Shown: piece after piece, positions 15,861 through 23,904 of the stretch
Position numbering within the stretch: the first letter of the stretch is position 1
Layout of the letters: each line of letters opens with the position of its first letter
DNA from: an uncultured Mesorhizobium sp.
GTDB taxonomy: Bacteria; Pseudomonadota; Alphaproteobacteria; Rhizobiales; Rhizobiaceae
DNA: 64,000 bases
Reading direction: 5' to 3'
Assembly (NCBI GenBank): GCA_937958475.1
Contig: CALFXR010000065.1
Span: 8,617 to 72,616, forward strand
Notes under the pieces: model-generated
What the model saw: only the letters and a program-made list of their open reading frames with translations
What the model was told of the DNA's origin: nothing
Database searches by the model: none
Program-made: the position numbers and the translations under genes

Positions 15861-16397
15861 TCAGCCCTTGACGGCCCTGGCGCGCTCGATCGCCTCGACG
15901 ATCATCTTCTTGGCATGGTCGGCGTCGTACCAGCCGTCGATCTTCACCCACTTGCCGGGCTCGAGATCCTTGTAGTGGGTGAAGAAGTGCGTGACCTGGT
16001 CGAGCGTGATCTGCGGCAGGTCGGTATAGTTGAAAACCTTCTCGTAGCGCATGGTCAGCTGCGGAGCCGGCACCGCCACCACCTTCTCGTCCTGGCCGGC
16101 ATTGTCCTCCATGATCAGCACGCCGATCGGGCGCACGTTGATGACGCAGCCGGGCACCAGCGCCCGCGTGTTGCAGACAAGGACGTCGATCGGGTCGCCG
16201 TCGCCCGACAGCGTGTGCGGGATGAAGCCGTAATTGCCGGGATAGCGCATCGGCGTGTGCAGGAAGCGGTCGACGAACAGCGTGCCCGCCTCCTTGTCCA
16301 TCTCGTACTTGATCGGCTCGCCGCCGACAGGAACCTCGATGATGACGTTGACGTCGTCCGGGGGATTCTTGCCGATGCTGATGGCGTCGATACGCAT
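15861..16397 (-). CDS. ppa: inorganic pyrophosphatase
   Basis: Met 59 of ORF 15861..16571: [74 protein letters not shown]. This is the family I PPase signature, and an SD (GAGGA) lies upstream. Confidence 0.95.
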   Translation of the reverse strand: MRIDAISIGKNPPDDVNVIIEVPVGGEPIKYEMDKEAGTLFVDRFLHTPMRYPGNYGFIPHTLSGDGDPIDVLVCNTRALVPGCVINVRPIGVLIMEDNAGQDEKVVAVPAPQLTMRYEKVFNYTDLPQITLDQVTHFFTHYKDLEPGKWVKIDGWYDADHAKKMIVEAIERARAVKG

Positions 16398-16444
16398 GGG
16401 GGAGGTCCTCTTCGATCGCGAACCCGATAACGCCCGCGCAGCTA

Positions 16445-16459
16445 TTGTGCAATGCACAA
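16445..16459. promoter_or_regulatory. 15-bp palindrome TTGTGCAaTGCACAA upstream of ppa
   Basis: 7-bp perfect arms around one central base. It lies 48-62 bp upstream of the ppa start and 24 bp downstream of the GNAT stop. Confidence 0.25.
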
Positions 16460-16482
16460 AAAGACGAAGACGCCGGCCCCGC

Positions 16483-16989
16483 TCAATCCCAGACGAAGGC
16501 GACCTTGCGCAGCGCCCTCTGGTCGAACACCTCGACGCCCTCGGCGACGTCGCGGCCGCCCGTGCTCGCATAGAAGTCGAGCGCCCCTGCGTTCTCCTCC
16601 AGCGCCCAGACGACCAGGCCCTTCAGCCCGTGGCCGCGCAGGCGCTCGCGCGCCTCGGCGAAGAGCCGCGTGCCGAGCCCGATCCCCTGGTATTCGGGCC
16701 TCAGGTAAAGTTCGTAGATCTCGCCCTCCTGGCGCAGCTCGCGCGCCCGGTTGCGGCCGATCGTGGCATAGCCGGCCACTTCGCCGCCGACTTCGACGAC
16801 GAGCACGGAAGCCGCGCGGCGGATGGCGTTGGCCCACCACTCGCGGCCGCGCCGGCTGATCATCGCGCTCAGCGCCCGATGCGGGATGATGCCGGAATAG
16901 GCGCCGCGCCAGGCGTCGTGGTGCACCTCGGCGATGGCTTCGGCATCGTCGAGCTCGGCCTTGCGGATATCGATGGCGAGCGTCTTCAT
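16483..16989 (-). CDS. GNAT family N-acetyltransferase
   Basis: [27 protein letters not shown]...[20 protein letters not shown] contains the acetyl-CoA binding motif Q/RxxGxG. Confidence 0.85.
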   Translation of the reverse strand: MKTLAIDIRKAELDDAEAIAEVHHDAWRGAYSGIIPHRALSAMISRRGREWWANAIRRAASVLVVEVGGEVAGYATIGRNRARELRQEGEIYELYLRPEYQGIGLGTRLFAEARERLRGHGLKGLVVWALEENAGALDFYASTGGRDVAEGVEVFDQRALRKVAFVWD

Positions 16990-17073
16990 GGTTCGTTAAC
17001 CATAAACGCTGGATCGGCGGCGGCGCAACCCGCCCGAGGCCGGCCGGGACGTTTCCGCACAGTTGGGAATGGA

Positions 17074-17712
17074 TCAGATCTCGACCACGTGGTCGTCGAG
17101 TTCGTTGACGTCCGTGGCGCCGACGGGGAAGTGCTCGGCGAGCAGCGCGCCGACCGATGCGACCGCCGCGACGAAGCCGTCCGCGATCGCGCCGCGCCGG
17201 GCGTGGTCGATCATGCCGCGCACCACCCCGTCCCAGGTCTCCTGCCCGACCCGACGGTTGATGCCGGCGTCGGCGATCACCTCGGCATAATGCTCGGCAA
17301 GCGAGACGAACAGGAGGACGCCGGTGCGTTCGGCCGTGACGTGGACGTTGCGCGCCAGGAACTGGCGCATCGCGTTGTCGTGGGCGCGGCGGTAGCGCAG
17401 GCGGCGCGGCACCATATGGATGCGCACTGCCGGGACGAGCCACAGCACGGCGAGCGCGCAGCCGATCGCGGCGATCTGCGCCGCCGCCAGCGTCGTCGGG
17501 CGGAGGTCGTACCAGGCGAGGTGCAGGATCCAGGCGACGGCGAGGCTGACCGCGACCATGCTGGCCGTGACGATGAAGGCGGCCGGGAAGAAATAGTCGT
17601 CGCTGCGCCTGGCTACCACGCAGAAGATCTCGCCCGATGTCTTGCGTTCGGCGGCGCGAACTGCCGCGGCGACCGTCTGGTGTTCCTCGTGCGTCATCGC
17701 CCGTGCAGCCAT
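17074..17712 (-). CDS. TPM-domain (DUF477/TLP18.3-like) membrane protein
   Basis: The last 212 aa of ORF 17074..18504 (MAARAMTHEEHQTVAAAVRAAERKTSGEIFCVVA...ERTGVLLFVSLAEHYAEVIADAGI). Third gene of the LemA operon. Confidence 0.8.
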   Translation of the reverse strand: MAARAMTHEEHQTVAAAVRAAERKTSGEIFCVVARRSDDYFFPAAFIVTASMVAVSLAVAWILHLAWYDLRPTTLAAAQIAAIGCALAVLWLVPAVRIHMVPRRLRYRRAHDNAMRQFLARNVHVTAERTGVLLFVSLAEHYAEVIADAGINRRVGQETWDGVVRGMIDHARRGAIADGFVAAVASVGALLAEHFPVGATDVNELDDHVVEI

Positions 17713-17717
17713 CGCTC

Positions 17718-18533
17718 TCACCAGCTCCCCGAGGAACCGCCGCCGCCGGACGATCCGCCGCCGCCCGAGAAGCCGCCGCCGGAGCTGCCCGACGACCAGC
17801 CGCCGCCGGACGAACTGCCCGACGACCAGCTGCCGCCGGAGGACGAGCCCGAGCCGCTGTAGGAAATGTCCATGCCCAGCCAGCGGTAGCGGCCAGGGCC
17901 GATCTTGCGTCCGAAAACGGGGGCGAGCAGCGCCATGGCGAAGCCGCCGAAGAACAGCACGACCCACAAGATGACGAACAGCGTGACGAACAGGTCTTCG
18001 GCGTCGAAACCGGTGCCGTCCTTCTGGTTGCGCTCGGCGCGCGCCTCGAGCTCCGCGGCATTGCCCTCGAGCACCATGACGATGTCGTCGACCGCGCGCG
18101 AGATGCCGCCGGAGAAATCGCCGGCGCGGAACGCCGGCACCATCGTGTTCTCGATGATCAGCTTGGAATGCAGGTCGGTGAGCGTGCCTTCCAGCCCGTA
18201 GCCGACCTCGATGCGCATCTTGCGGTCGTCCCGGGCGACCAGCAGCAGGATGCCGTTGTTCTCCCCGGCCTGGCCGAGCCCCCAGGCGCGGAACAGCCGG
18301 TTGGCGAAGGGCTCGATGGCTTCGCCGCCGAGGCTGGGAATCGTGGCGACCACGATCTGGTCGGACGACTTCGTCTCGAACGCCTCGAGCCGGGCCACCA
18401 GCGCGGCTTCCGTGGCGGCGTCGATCAGCTCGGCATTGTCCACGACCCGTCCCGTGAGCGCGGGCAGTTCGGCGGCCGGCGCGGCCGCGGCGGCGAAAAG
18501 GCAAAGCAGAAACCCCGCGAGCAACGCCCGCAT
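17718..18533 (-). CDS. TPM-domain protein (YgcG-like) with TM helix and Gly/Ser-rich tail
   Basis: MRALLAGFLLCLFAAAAAPAAELPALTGRVVDNAELI...ENNGILLLVARDDRKMRIEVGYGLEG, followed by the tail SGSGSSSGGSWSSGSSSGGGW. An alternative start at 18569 is possible. Confidence 0.85.
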   Translation of the reverse strand: MRALLAGFLLCLFAAAAAPAAELPALTGRVVDNAELIDAATEAALVARLEAFETKSSDQIVVATIPSLGGEAIEPFANRLFRAWGLGQAGENNGILLLVARDDRKMRIEVGYGLEGTLTDLHSKLIIENTMVPAFRAGDFSGGISRAVDDIVMVLEGNAAELEARAERNQKDGTGFDAEDLFVTLFVILWVVLFFGGFAMALLAPVFGRKIGPGRYRWLGMDISYSGSGSSSGGSWSSGSSSGGGWSSGSSGGGFSGGGGSSGGGGSSGSW

Positions 18534-18580
18534 GCCGCTTCCCTGGAAGGCGCTCGCCCGGTGCCGCATCGCCGGTCGGG

Positions 18581-19213
18581 TCAGCCGCCCTGCTTCGCGC
18601 CGAAGTCGACCTTCGGCGTCTCGATCTTGTCTTCGGCGACGGTGAAGTTCTGGTAGGGCTGGCTGTCGGTGAACCAGAACGTCGCCCACAGCACCGAGGG
18701 GAAGGTGCGCAGCGTCGTGTTGTACTCGCGCACCGCCTCGATGTAGTCGCGCCGCGCCACGGCGATGCGGTTCTCCGTGCCTTCGAGCTGCGCCTGCAGC
18801 GCGAGGAAGTTCTGGTTGGCCTTGAGGTCCGGATAGTTCTCGACGACGGCGAGCAGGCGCGACAGGGCGCTGGTCAGGCCGGACTGGCTTTCCTGGAAGG
18901 CCTTGAACGCCTCCGGGTCGGACAGCGCCTCGGGCGAGACGGTCACCTGGGTCGCCTTCGCCCTGGCCTCGACGACCGTCTCCAGCACCTCCTTCTCGTG
19001 GGCGGCGTAGCCCTTCACCGTCTCGACGAGGTTGGGGATCAGGTCTGCGCGGCGCTGGTACTGGTTGAGCACCTCGCTCCACGCCGCCTTCGCCTTCTCG
19101 TCGGCGGTGGGGATGGCGTTGTAGCCGCAGGCCGTCAGCAACGGCAGCAGCAGGCCGAGGAGGAGGAACGCCGGGAGGCGCCGGAAGCGGTTCGACAGCG
19201 CGGTCGCGTGCAT
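18581..19213 (-). CDS. lemA: LemA family lipoprotein
   Basis: Lipobox LLTAC. AWSEVLNQYQRRADLIPNLVETVKGYAAHEKEVLETV...ENRIAVARRDYIEAVREYNT is the LemA signature. Confidence 0.9.
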   Translation of the reverse strand: MHATALSNRFRRLPAFLLLGLLLPLLTACGYNAIPTADEKAKAAWSEVLNQYQRRADLIPNLVETVKGYAAHEKEVLETVVEARAKATQVTVSPEALSDPEAFKAFQESQSGLTSALSRLLAVVENYPDLKANQNFLALQAQLEGTENRIAVARRDYIEAVREYNTTLRTFPSVLWATFWFTDSQPYQNFTVAEDKIETPKVDFGAKQGG

Positions 19214-19420
19214 GGAAATCCCCTGATCGATGGTTCAGCCGGCGGACGATAGTCCGAATCGCTGCGGCGCGAAACGGGGAGCGATGTCGCTGCGCTACCG
19301 CCGGCATGCCGTGCAACCGGCAGGGAAAGTGTCAGCGCCGCCGCCGGCGGACCTGTGACTTGCGACGAGAACGCGCTATGTTCGTGGCGGACCGGTGGCA
19401 ATGCCGTCACCGGCGACGAG

Positions 19421-19696
19421 ATGGCATTGCGTATCGCGCCGATGGGCCAGAATCCTCCCGACCAGACCGAATCACGCCGCATTCTCGAGCGGGTCGCGCA
19501 CGACTCGCGGGGCGGGCTGGCCGGTACGTCGGTCATGGCGCGCGCCGTCGAGCGCTCGAAAAGCCACCTGGCGGCCGGCGACGCCGACCAGGAGGACCGG
19601 ATCGAGCTGTGGGGCACGCGGATCGGTCGCCTCCTCGGCCTCGCCTTCGTCGCCGGCCTTGCCGTCTGGCTCATCCTCTATCTCTCCCGCGGGTGA
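19421..19696 (+). CDS. small hypothetical protein with C-terminal TM helix
   Basis: Part of ORF 19355..19696, ending IGRLLGLAFVAGLAVWLILYLSRG. The start is uncertain (Met 23 or Met 30). It ends 5 nt before the kinase gene. Confidence 0.45.
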   Translation: MALRIAPMGQNPPDQTESRRILERVAHDSRGGLAGTSVMARAVERSKSHLAAGDADQEDRIELWGTRIGRLLGLAFVAGLAVWLILYLSRG

Positions 19697-19701
19697 ATCG
19701 C

Positions 19702-20586
19702 ATGGCCGCCGAGCAAGCAGACGCGCCGCGGGCCGTCATCGTCATCTCCAGCCACGTCGCGCGCGGTTCGGTCGGCAACCGGGCGGCGGTCTTCGCGCTG
19801 GAAACGCTCGGCCATCCGGTCTGGGCCGTGCCGACGGTGATCCTGCCCTGGCACCCGGGCCACGGCCGCGCCACGCGGATCGTTCCCGAGCCGAGCCAGT
19901 TCGCTGCGCTCATGAAGGATCTCGAGCGTTCGCCCTGGCTGGGCGAGGTCGCGGCAGTTCTGTCGGGCTATCTCGGCGACGCGAGCCAGGCCGACGCCGT
20001 CGCCTCGCTGGTCGCCGCCGTGAAGGCGCGCAACCCGAAGGCTCTCTACATCTGCGATCCGGTCATGGGCGACCTTGGCGGCCTCTACGTGCCGGAGGCG
20101 ACGGCGGTCGCGCTGCGCGACCGCCTCGTCCCGATCGCCGACATCGCCACGCCGAACCGCTACGAGCTGGCCTGGATGAGCGGGGCGCCGCTGGACGATC
20201 TGCGCTCGGCCATCGCCGCGGCGCTCGACGCCGGGCCATCCACCATGCTGGTGACCTCGGCGCCGTCGCTGATGTCGGGCGGAACGGGCAATCTCCTCCT
20301 CACCGCCACCGAGGCGCTGCTCGCCGAGCACCGCATGATCGAGCGGCCGCCGAACGGCCTCGGCGACCTGACCGGCGCGGTGTTCCTGGCGCGCCTGCTC
20401 GCCGGCCAGCCCGCCGCAAAGGCGCTACAGTCGACGACGGCCGCCGTGTTCGAGATCCTCGCCCGCACGGCGAAGCGCGGCGCCGACGAACTGACGCTCG
20501 AGACCGACGCCCAGAGCCTGTCGCACCCGATGGCGATGGTGCATCTGCGCCACCTCTCGCATCCGTCGAGGGACCGCCGGGCGTGA
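19702..20586 (+). CDS. pyridoxal/pyridoxamine kinase (PdxK/PdxY family)
   Basis: Met 133 of ORF 19306..20586: VIVISSHVARGSVGNRAAVFALETLGHPVWAVPTV...AVLSGYLGDASQ...YICDPVMGD...ATPNRYEL...GLGDLTGAVFLA. The whole length resembles E. coli PdxY. Confidence 0.85.
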   Translation: MAAEQADAPRAVIVISSHVARGSVGNRAAVFALETLGHPVWAVPTVILPWHPGHGRATRIVPEPSQFAALMKDLERSPWLGEVAAVLSGYLGDASQADAVASLVAAVKARNPKALYICDPVMGDLGGLYVPEATAVALRDRLVPIADIATPNRYELAWMSGAPLDDLRSAIAAALDAGPSTMLVTSAPSLMSGGTGNLLLTATEALLAEHRMIERPPNGLGDLTGAVFLARLLAGQPAAKALQSTTAAVFEILARTAKRGADELTLETDAQSLSHPMAMVHLRHLSHPSRDRRA

Positions 20587-21347
20587 CCGGCCGCGCCGTC
20601 GCCGGCGTCGACGGCTGCAAGGGCGGCTGGATCGCCGTCTTCCGCCTGCCGGGGGAACCCGCCGAGGTGCGCGTCTTCGCCCGCATCGTCGATCTCGTGG
20701 ATCGCCTGCCCGCCGACGCCGCCATTGCGGTCGACATGCCGATCGGCTTGCCGGAGCGCACCGGGCATGGCGGTCGCGGACCGGAAGCGCTGGTCCGGCG
20801 TTTCCTCGCGGCCCGCCAGTCGAGCGTCTTTTCCATCCCCGCCCGCGCCGCCGTCTATGCAGTGGAGGAGGATTTCACATCCGTGGAACGCTGGGTCGAG
20901 GCGCACCGCCTGGCGAGTGCCGTGGCGCGCGCAACCTCCGAGCCGCCGCGCGCCGTCTCCATCCAGGCCTTCGGTATCTTTTCCAGGATCCGCGAACTGG
21001 ACGGGCTGCTGCGGACCCGGCCCGCGCTACGCGACAGGATGATCGAATCGCATCCGGAGGCGGCGTTCTGGCGGCTCGCCGGGGAACGGCCGATGGCCCT
21101 GCCCAAGAAGGTCAAGGGGCGCGTCAATCCGCCGGGCATGGAGGAGCGCAAGGCGCTGCTCGCCGCCCGCGGCCACGACCGCGCCTTCCTCGACATGCCG
21201 GCGCCGCGCGGCGCGGCGGCCGACGACTTCCTTGACGCCGCCGTCATGATGCTGGTCGCCGAGCGCTTTTCGCGCGGCGAGGCGACGAGCTTCCCCGACC
21301 CTCCCGGCCGCGACGCTCACGGCCTGCCGATCGCGATCTGGACCTGA
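20583..21347 (+). CDS. DUF429 domain protein
   Basis: The GTG overlaps the kinase stop (GTGA). VAGVDGCKGGWIAVF...AIAVDMPIGLPE...DDFLDAAVMMLVAERF is the typical DUF429 pattern. Confidence 0.7.
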   Translation: MTGRAVAGVDGCKGGWIAVFRLPGEPAEVRVFARIVDLVDRLPADAAIAVDMPIGLPERTGHGGRGPEALVRRFLAARQSSVFSIPARAAVYAVEEDFTSVERWVEAHRLASAVARATSEPPRAVSIQAFGIFSRIRELDGLLRTRPALRDRMIESHPEAAFWRLAGERPMALPKKVKGRVNPPGMEERKALLAARGHDRAFLDMPAPRGAAADDFLDAAVMMLVAERFSRGEATSFPDPPGRDAHGLPIAIWT

Positions 21348-21411
21348 GGGGACGCCGAGAACGTCGAAAGCCGTTGATCACCGCGCCGGAATGTCGTTAG
21401 AGACTTGGTCC

Positions 21412-22056
21412 ATGGCGCATCTTCCCGAGATCCTCCTCAAAGGCTATCGCAACTTCATGAGCGGGCGCTACGCCTCGGAGAGCAGCCGCTATCGCTCGCT
21501 CGCCCGCGAGGGCCAGGCCCCGGAGACGATGGTGATCGCCTGCTGCGACTCGCGCGCCGCGCCCGAGGCGATCTTCGACGCCGGCCCCGGCGAATTGTTC
21601 GTCGTGCGCAACGTCGCCAACCTCGTGCCGCCCTATTCGCCGGACGGTGAGTACCACTCGACCTCGGCCGCGCTCGAATTCGCCGTGCAGAGCCTCAAGG
21701 TCAGCCACATCGTCGTCATGGGCCACGGGCGCTGCGGCGGCATCCGCGCCGCGCTCGATCCGGGCGCCGAACCGCTGTCGCCCGGCGACTTCATCGGCAA
21801 GTGGATGAGCCTCGTGGCGCCCGCGGCCGAAACCGTCTCCGGCAATTCGATGATGACGGCGGCGGAGCGCCAGACCGCGCTGGAGCGCATCTCGATCCGC
21901 TATTCTCTGGCGAATCTGCGCACCTTTCCCTGCGTGAGCATCCTCGAGCGCAAGGAGAGGCTCTCCCTGCATGGCGCCTGGTTCGACATCTCGAGCGGCG
22001 AACTCTGGATCATGAACCCCGAGACGGGGGACTTCGAGCGGCCGGACGTCGACTGA
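21412..22056 (+). CDS. beta-class carbonic anhydrase
   Basis: ORF 21391..22056. It carries the CCDSR and HGxCGG zinc-ligand motifs (VIACCDSRAAPE, VVMGHGRCGGI). The start could be 21391 or 21412. Confidence 0.9.
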   Translation: MAHLPEILLKGYRNFMSGRYASESSRYRSLAREGQAPETMVIACCDSRAAPEAIFDAGPGELFVVRNVANLVPPYSPDGEYHSTSAALEFAVQSLKVSHIVVMGHGRCGGIRAALDPGAEPLSPGDFIGKWMSLVAPAAETVSGNSMMTAAERQTALERISIRYSLANLRTFPCVSILERKERLSLHGAWFDISSGELWIMNPETGDFERPDVD

Positions 22057-22066
22057 CAGGGTCGGC

Positions 22067-23308
22067 CTACTCCCCGCCGAAGCGGTGCGTGAGCGGGATC
22101 TCCGGCTGCGGCAGGCTGCGCCACGCGAGCCAGCACAGGATCGCGAGAAGACCCATCGACGGGATGATGGTCGCCATGGCGAAGACCGGATCGCCTATCA
22201 TCGCGGAGATCGCGCCGCCGACCATTCCGCCGCCCATCTGGAAGAAGCCGCCCATGGAGGATGCCGCCCCGGCAATGTGCGGATAGGGCGCCAGCGAGGC
22301 GGTCAGCATGGCCGGCATGACGAAGGCGATGCCGAAGGCGAAGAATGCCACCGGCCCCATCACCGTCAGGAATGTCGGCGCCATGACGCGAAGGCCGACG
22401 GCGAGGCCGAGGCAGCCGATGGCGATGAAGACCAGTCCCGGAAGCACCAGGCGGAACGCGCCGTAGCGGCCGAGGAGCACGCGCACCACGAGCGCGCCGG
22501 CGAAGAACATGCCCGACTGCATCAGCATGCCGACGCCGAACTGGGCGGGCGTCAGCCCGACCCGGTCCATCAGGATGAACGGCAGGACGGTCGCCTGCGT
22601 GTAGAGGGCGCCGGTCGTCCCCGTCATGATCAGCGAGCAGAGCACGAAATAGCGGCTCGTCAGCAGCGCCGCATACGATTTCGCCAGGGCGCGGGGGCGG
22701 ATGCGCGAGAGGTCGCGCTCGACCGTCTCCACCATGGCGAAGTGCACCACCAGGATGATGACGACGGCGGCGGCGAACATGACCATGAAGATGGCGTGCC
22801 AGCCGGCGACCTGCATCGTCAGGCCGCCGATCGTCGGCGCGAAGGCGGGACCGACGCCGAGGATCAGGCCGATCAGGTTCATGATGCGGGCCGAGCGCTC
22901 GCTGGTGAACAGGTCGCGCACGATGGCGCGCGAGATCGCGATGCCGACCGCCGCGCCGACGCCTTGCAGGAAGCGGGCGGCGATCAGCAGTTCGATCGTC
23001 GGGGCGAGCAGCGCCAGCAGCGAGGCGACGAGATAGACGCTGAGGAAGGCGAAGGTGACCGGCTTGCGGCCGAAGCCGTCCGAAAGCGGACCGCAGACCA
23101 GCTGGGCGAGCGCGAAGCCGGCGAAATAGAGCGAGAGCGTCAGCTTCACCGCGGCCTCGGTCGTGCCGAAGGCGCGCACGATCTCCGGCATGGCCGGCGT
23201 GAACAGCGCCATGGTCACCGGCCCGATCGCCACCAGAAGCGCGCCGAGCAGGCTGACGCGGCGTTCGCTCATCACGGGTGACGTCGTCGTTGCCGTCTGC
23301 ATGTTCAT
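22067..23308 (-). CDS. MFS efflux transporter (Bcr/CflA subfamily)
   Basis: MNMQTATTTSP...LSLYFAGFALAQLVCGPLSDGFGRKPV, with 12 TM-like segments. Its ATG overlaps the marR stop (ATGA). Confidence 0.85.
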   Translation of the reverse strand: MNMQTATTTSPVMSERRVSLLGALLVAIGPVTMALFTPAMPEIVRAFGTTEAAVKLTLSLYFAGFALAQLVCGPLSDGFGRKPVTFAFLSVYLVASLLALLAPTIELLIAARFLQGVGAAVGIAISRAIVRDLFTSERSARIMNLIGLILGVGPAFAPTIGGLTMQVAGWHAIFMVMFAAAVVIILVVHFAMVETVERDLSRIRPRALAKSYAALLTSRYFVLCSLIMTGTTGALYTQATVLPFILMDRVGLTPAQFGVGMLMQSGMFFAGALVVRVLLGRYGAFRLVLPGLVFIAIGCLGLAVGLRVMAPTFLTVMGPVAFFAFGIAFVMPAMLTASLAPYPHIAGAASSMGGFFQMGGGMVGGAISAMIGDPVFAMATIIPSMGLLAILCWLAWRSLPQPEIPLTHRFGGE

Positions 23309-23781
23309 GAGGAGGCACCGTCCTTGCGGCAAGTGTCGGCGCGCAGCGCCGCGAGGTTGGCGCGGACCGTCTTCAGGACCTCGACGAAGCCGCGCCAGTC
23401 ATCCGCCGACACGGCGTTCGAGGCTTCGGCGCGCAGCGCCGCGGCGATCGGCTGGATCTGCTCGAGCATGGCCTCGCCGGCGGCGGTAAGGTGGACGGTC
23501 TTGGCACGGCGGTCGTCGGGATCGGTGCGGCGCTCGACAAGGCCGCGCGCCTCGAGGCGGTCGAGCGCACCGGACAGCGTCATCGCCTCGACGCCCATCC
23601 TTTCGGCGAGCACGTTCTGGCGCACTGCGCCGGCGCGGAAGGCGTGGGAAAGGGTTCGTCCCTCGCCCGGCGTCAGGCCGAGCCCCGCCTCGCCGGTGCG
23701 CCGGTCGAGCTCGGCGCGGATCATGCGCGTCACGTCCGTCAGCAGGAAGCCGAAGGAATCGGGATCGAAAGTGCTGGCCAT
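23305..23781 (-). CDS. MarR family transcriptional regulator
   Basis: LTPGEGRTLSHAFRAGAVRQNVLAERMGVEAMTLSGALDRLEARGLVERRTDPDDRRAKTVHLT is a winged-helix MarR core. Confidence 0.9.
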   Translation of the reverse strand: MASTFDPDSFGFLLTDVTRMIRAELDRRTGEAGLGLTPGEGRTLSHAFRAGAVRQNVLAERMGVEAMTLSGALDRLEARGLVERRTDPDDRRAKTVHLTAAGEAMLEQIQPIAAALRAEASNAVSADDWRGFVEVLKTVRANLAALRADTCRKDGASS

Positions 23782-23797
23782 TCCGTAAGTCGTCCTG

Positions 23798-23818
23798 ATA
23801 ATAAGGACGCCTTATTAT
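23798..23818. promoter_or_regulatory. perfect inverted repeat ATAATAAGG-acg-CCTTATTAT, probable MarR operator
   Basis: 9-bp arms with a 3-bp spacer. It lies 17-37 bp upstream of the marR start, in the AT-rich divergent marR/dcp intergenic region. Confidence 0.5.
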
Positions 23819-23904
23819 TCGCCGCGGACGCTGTCAAGGTTGCGCACGCGCGGCCCGCCGCCTACATGCTCGCGGCACCCATCCATGCTCCGAGCGGACC
23901 CTCC

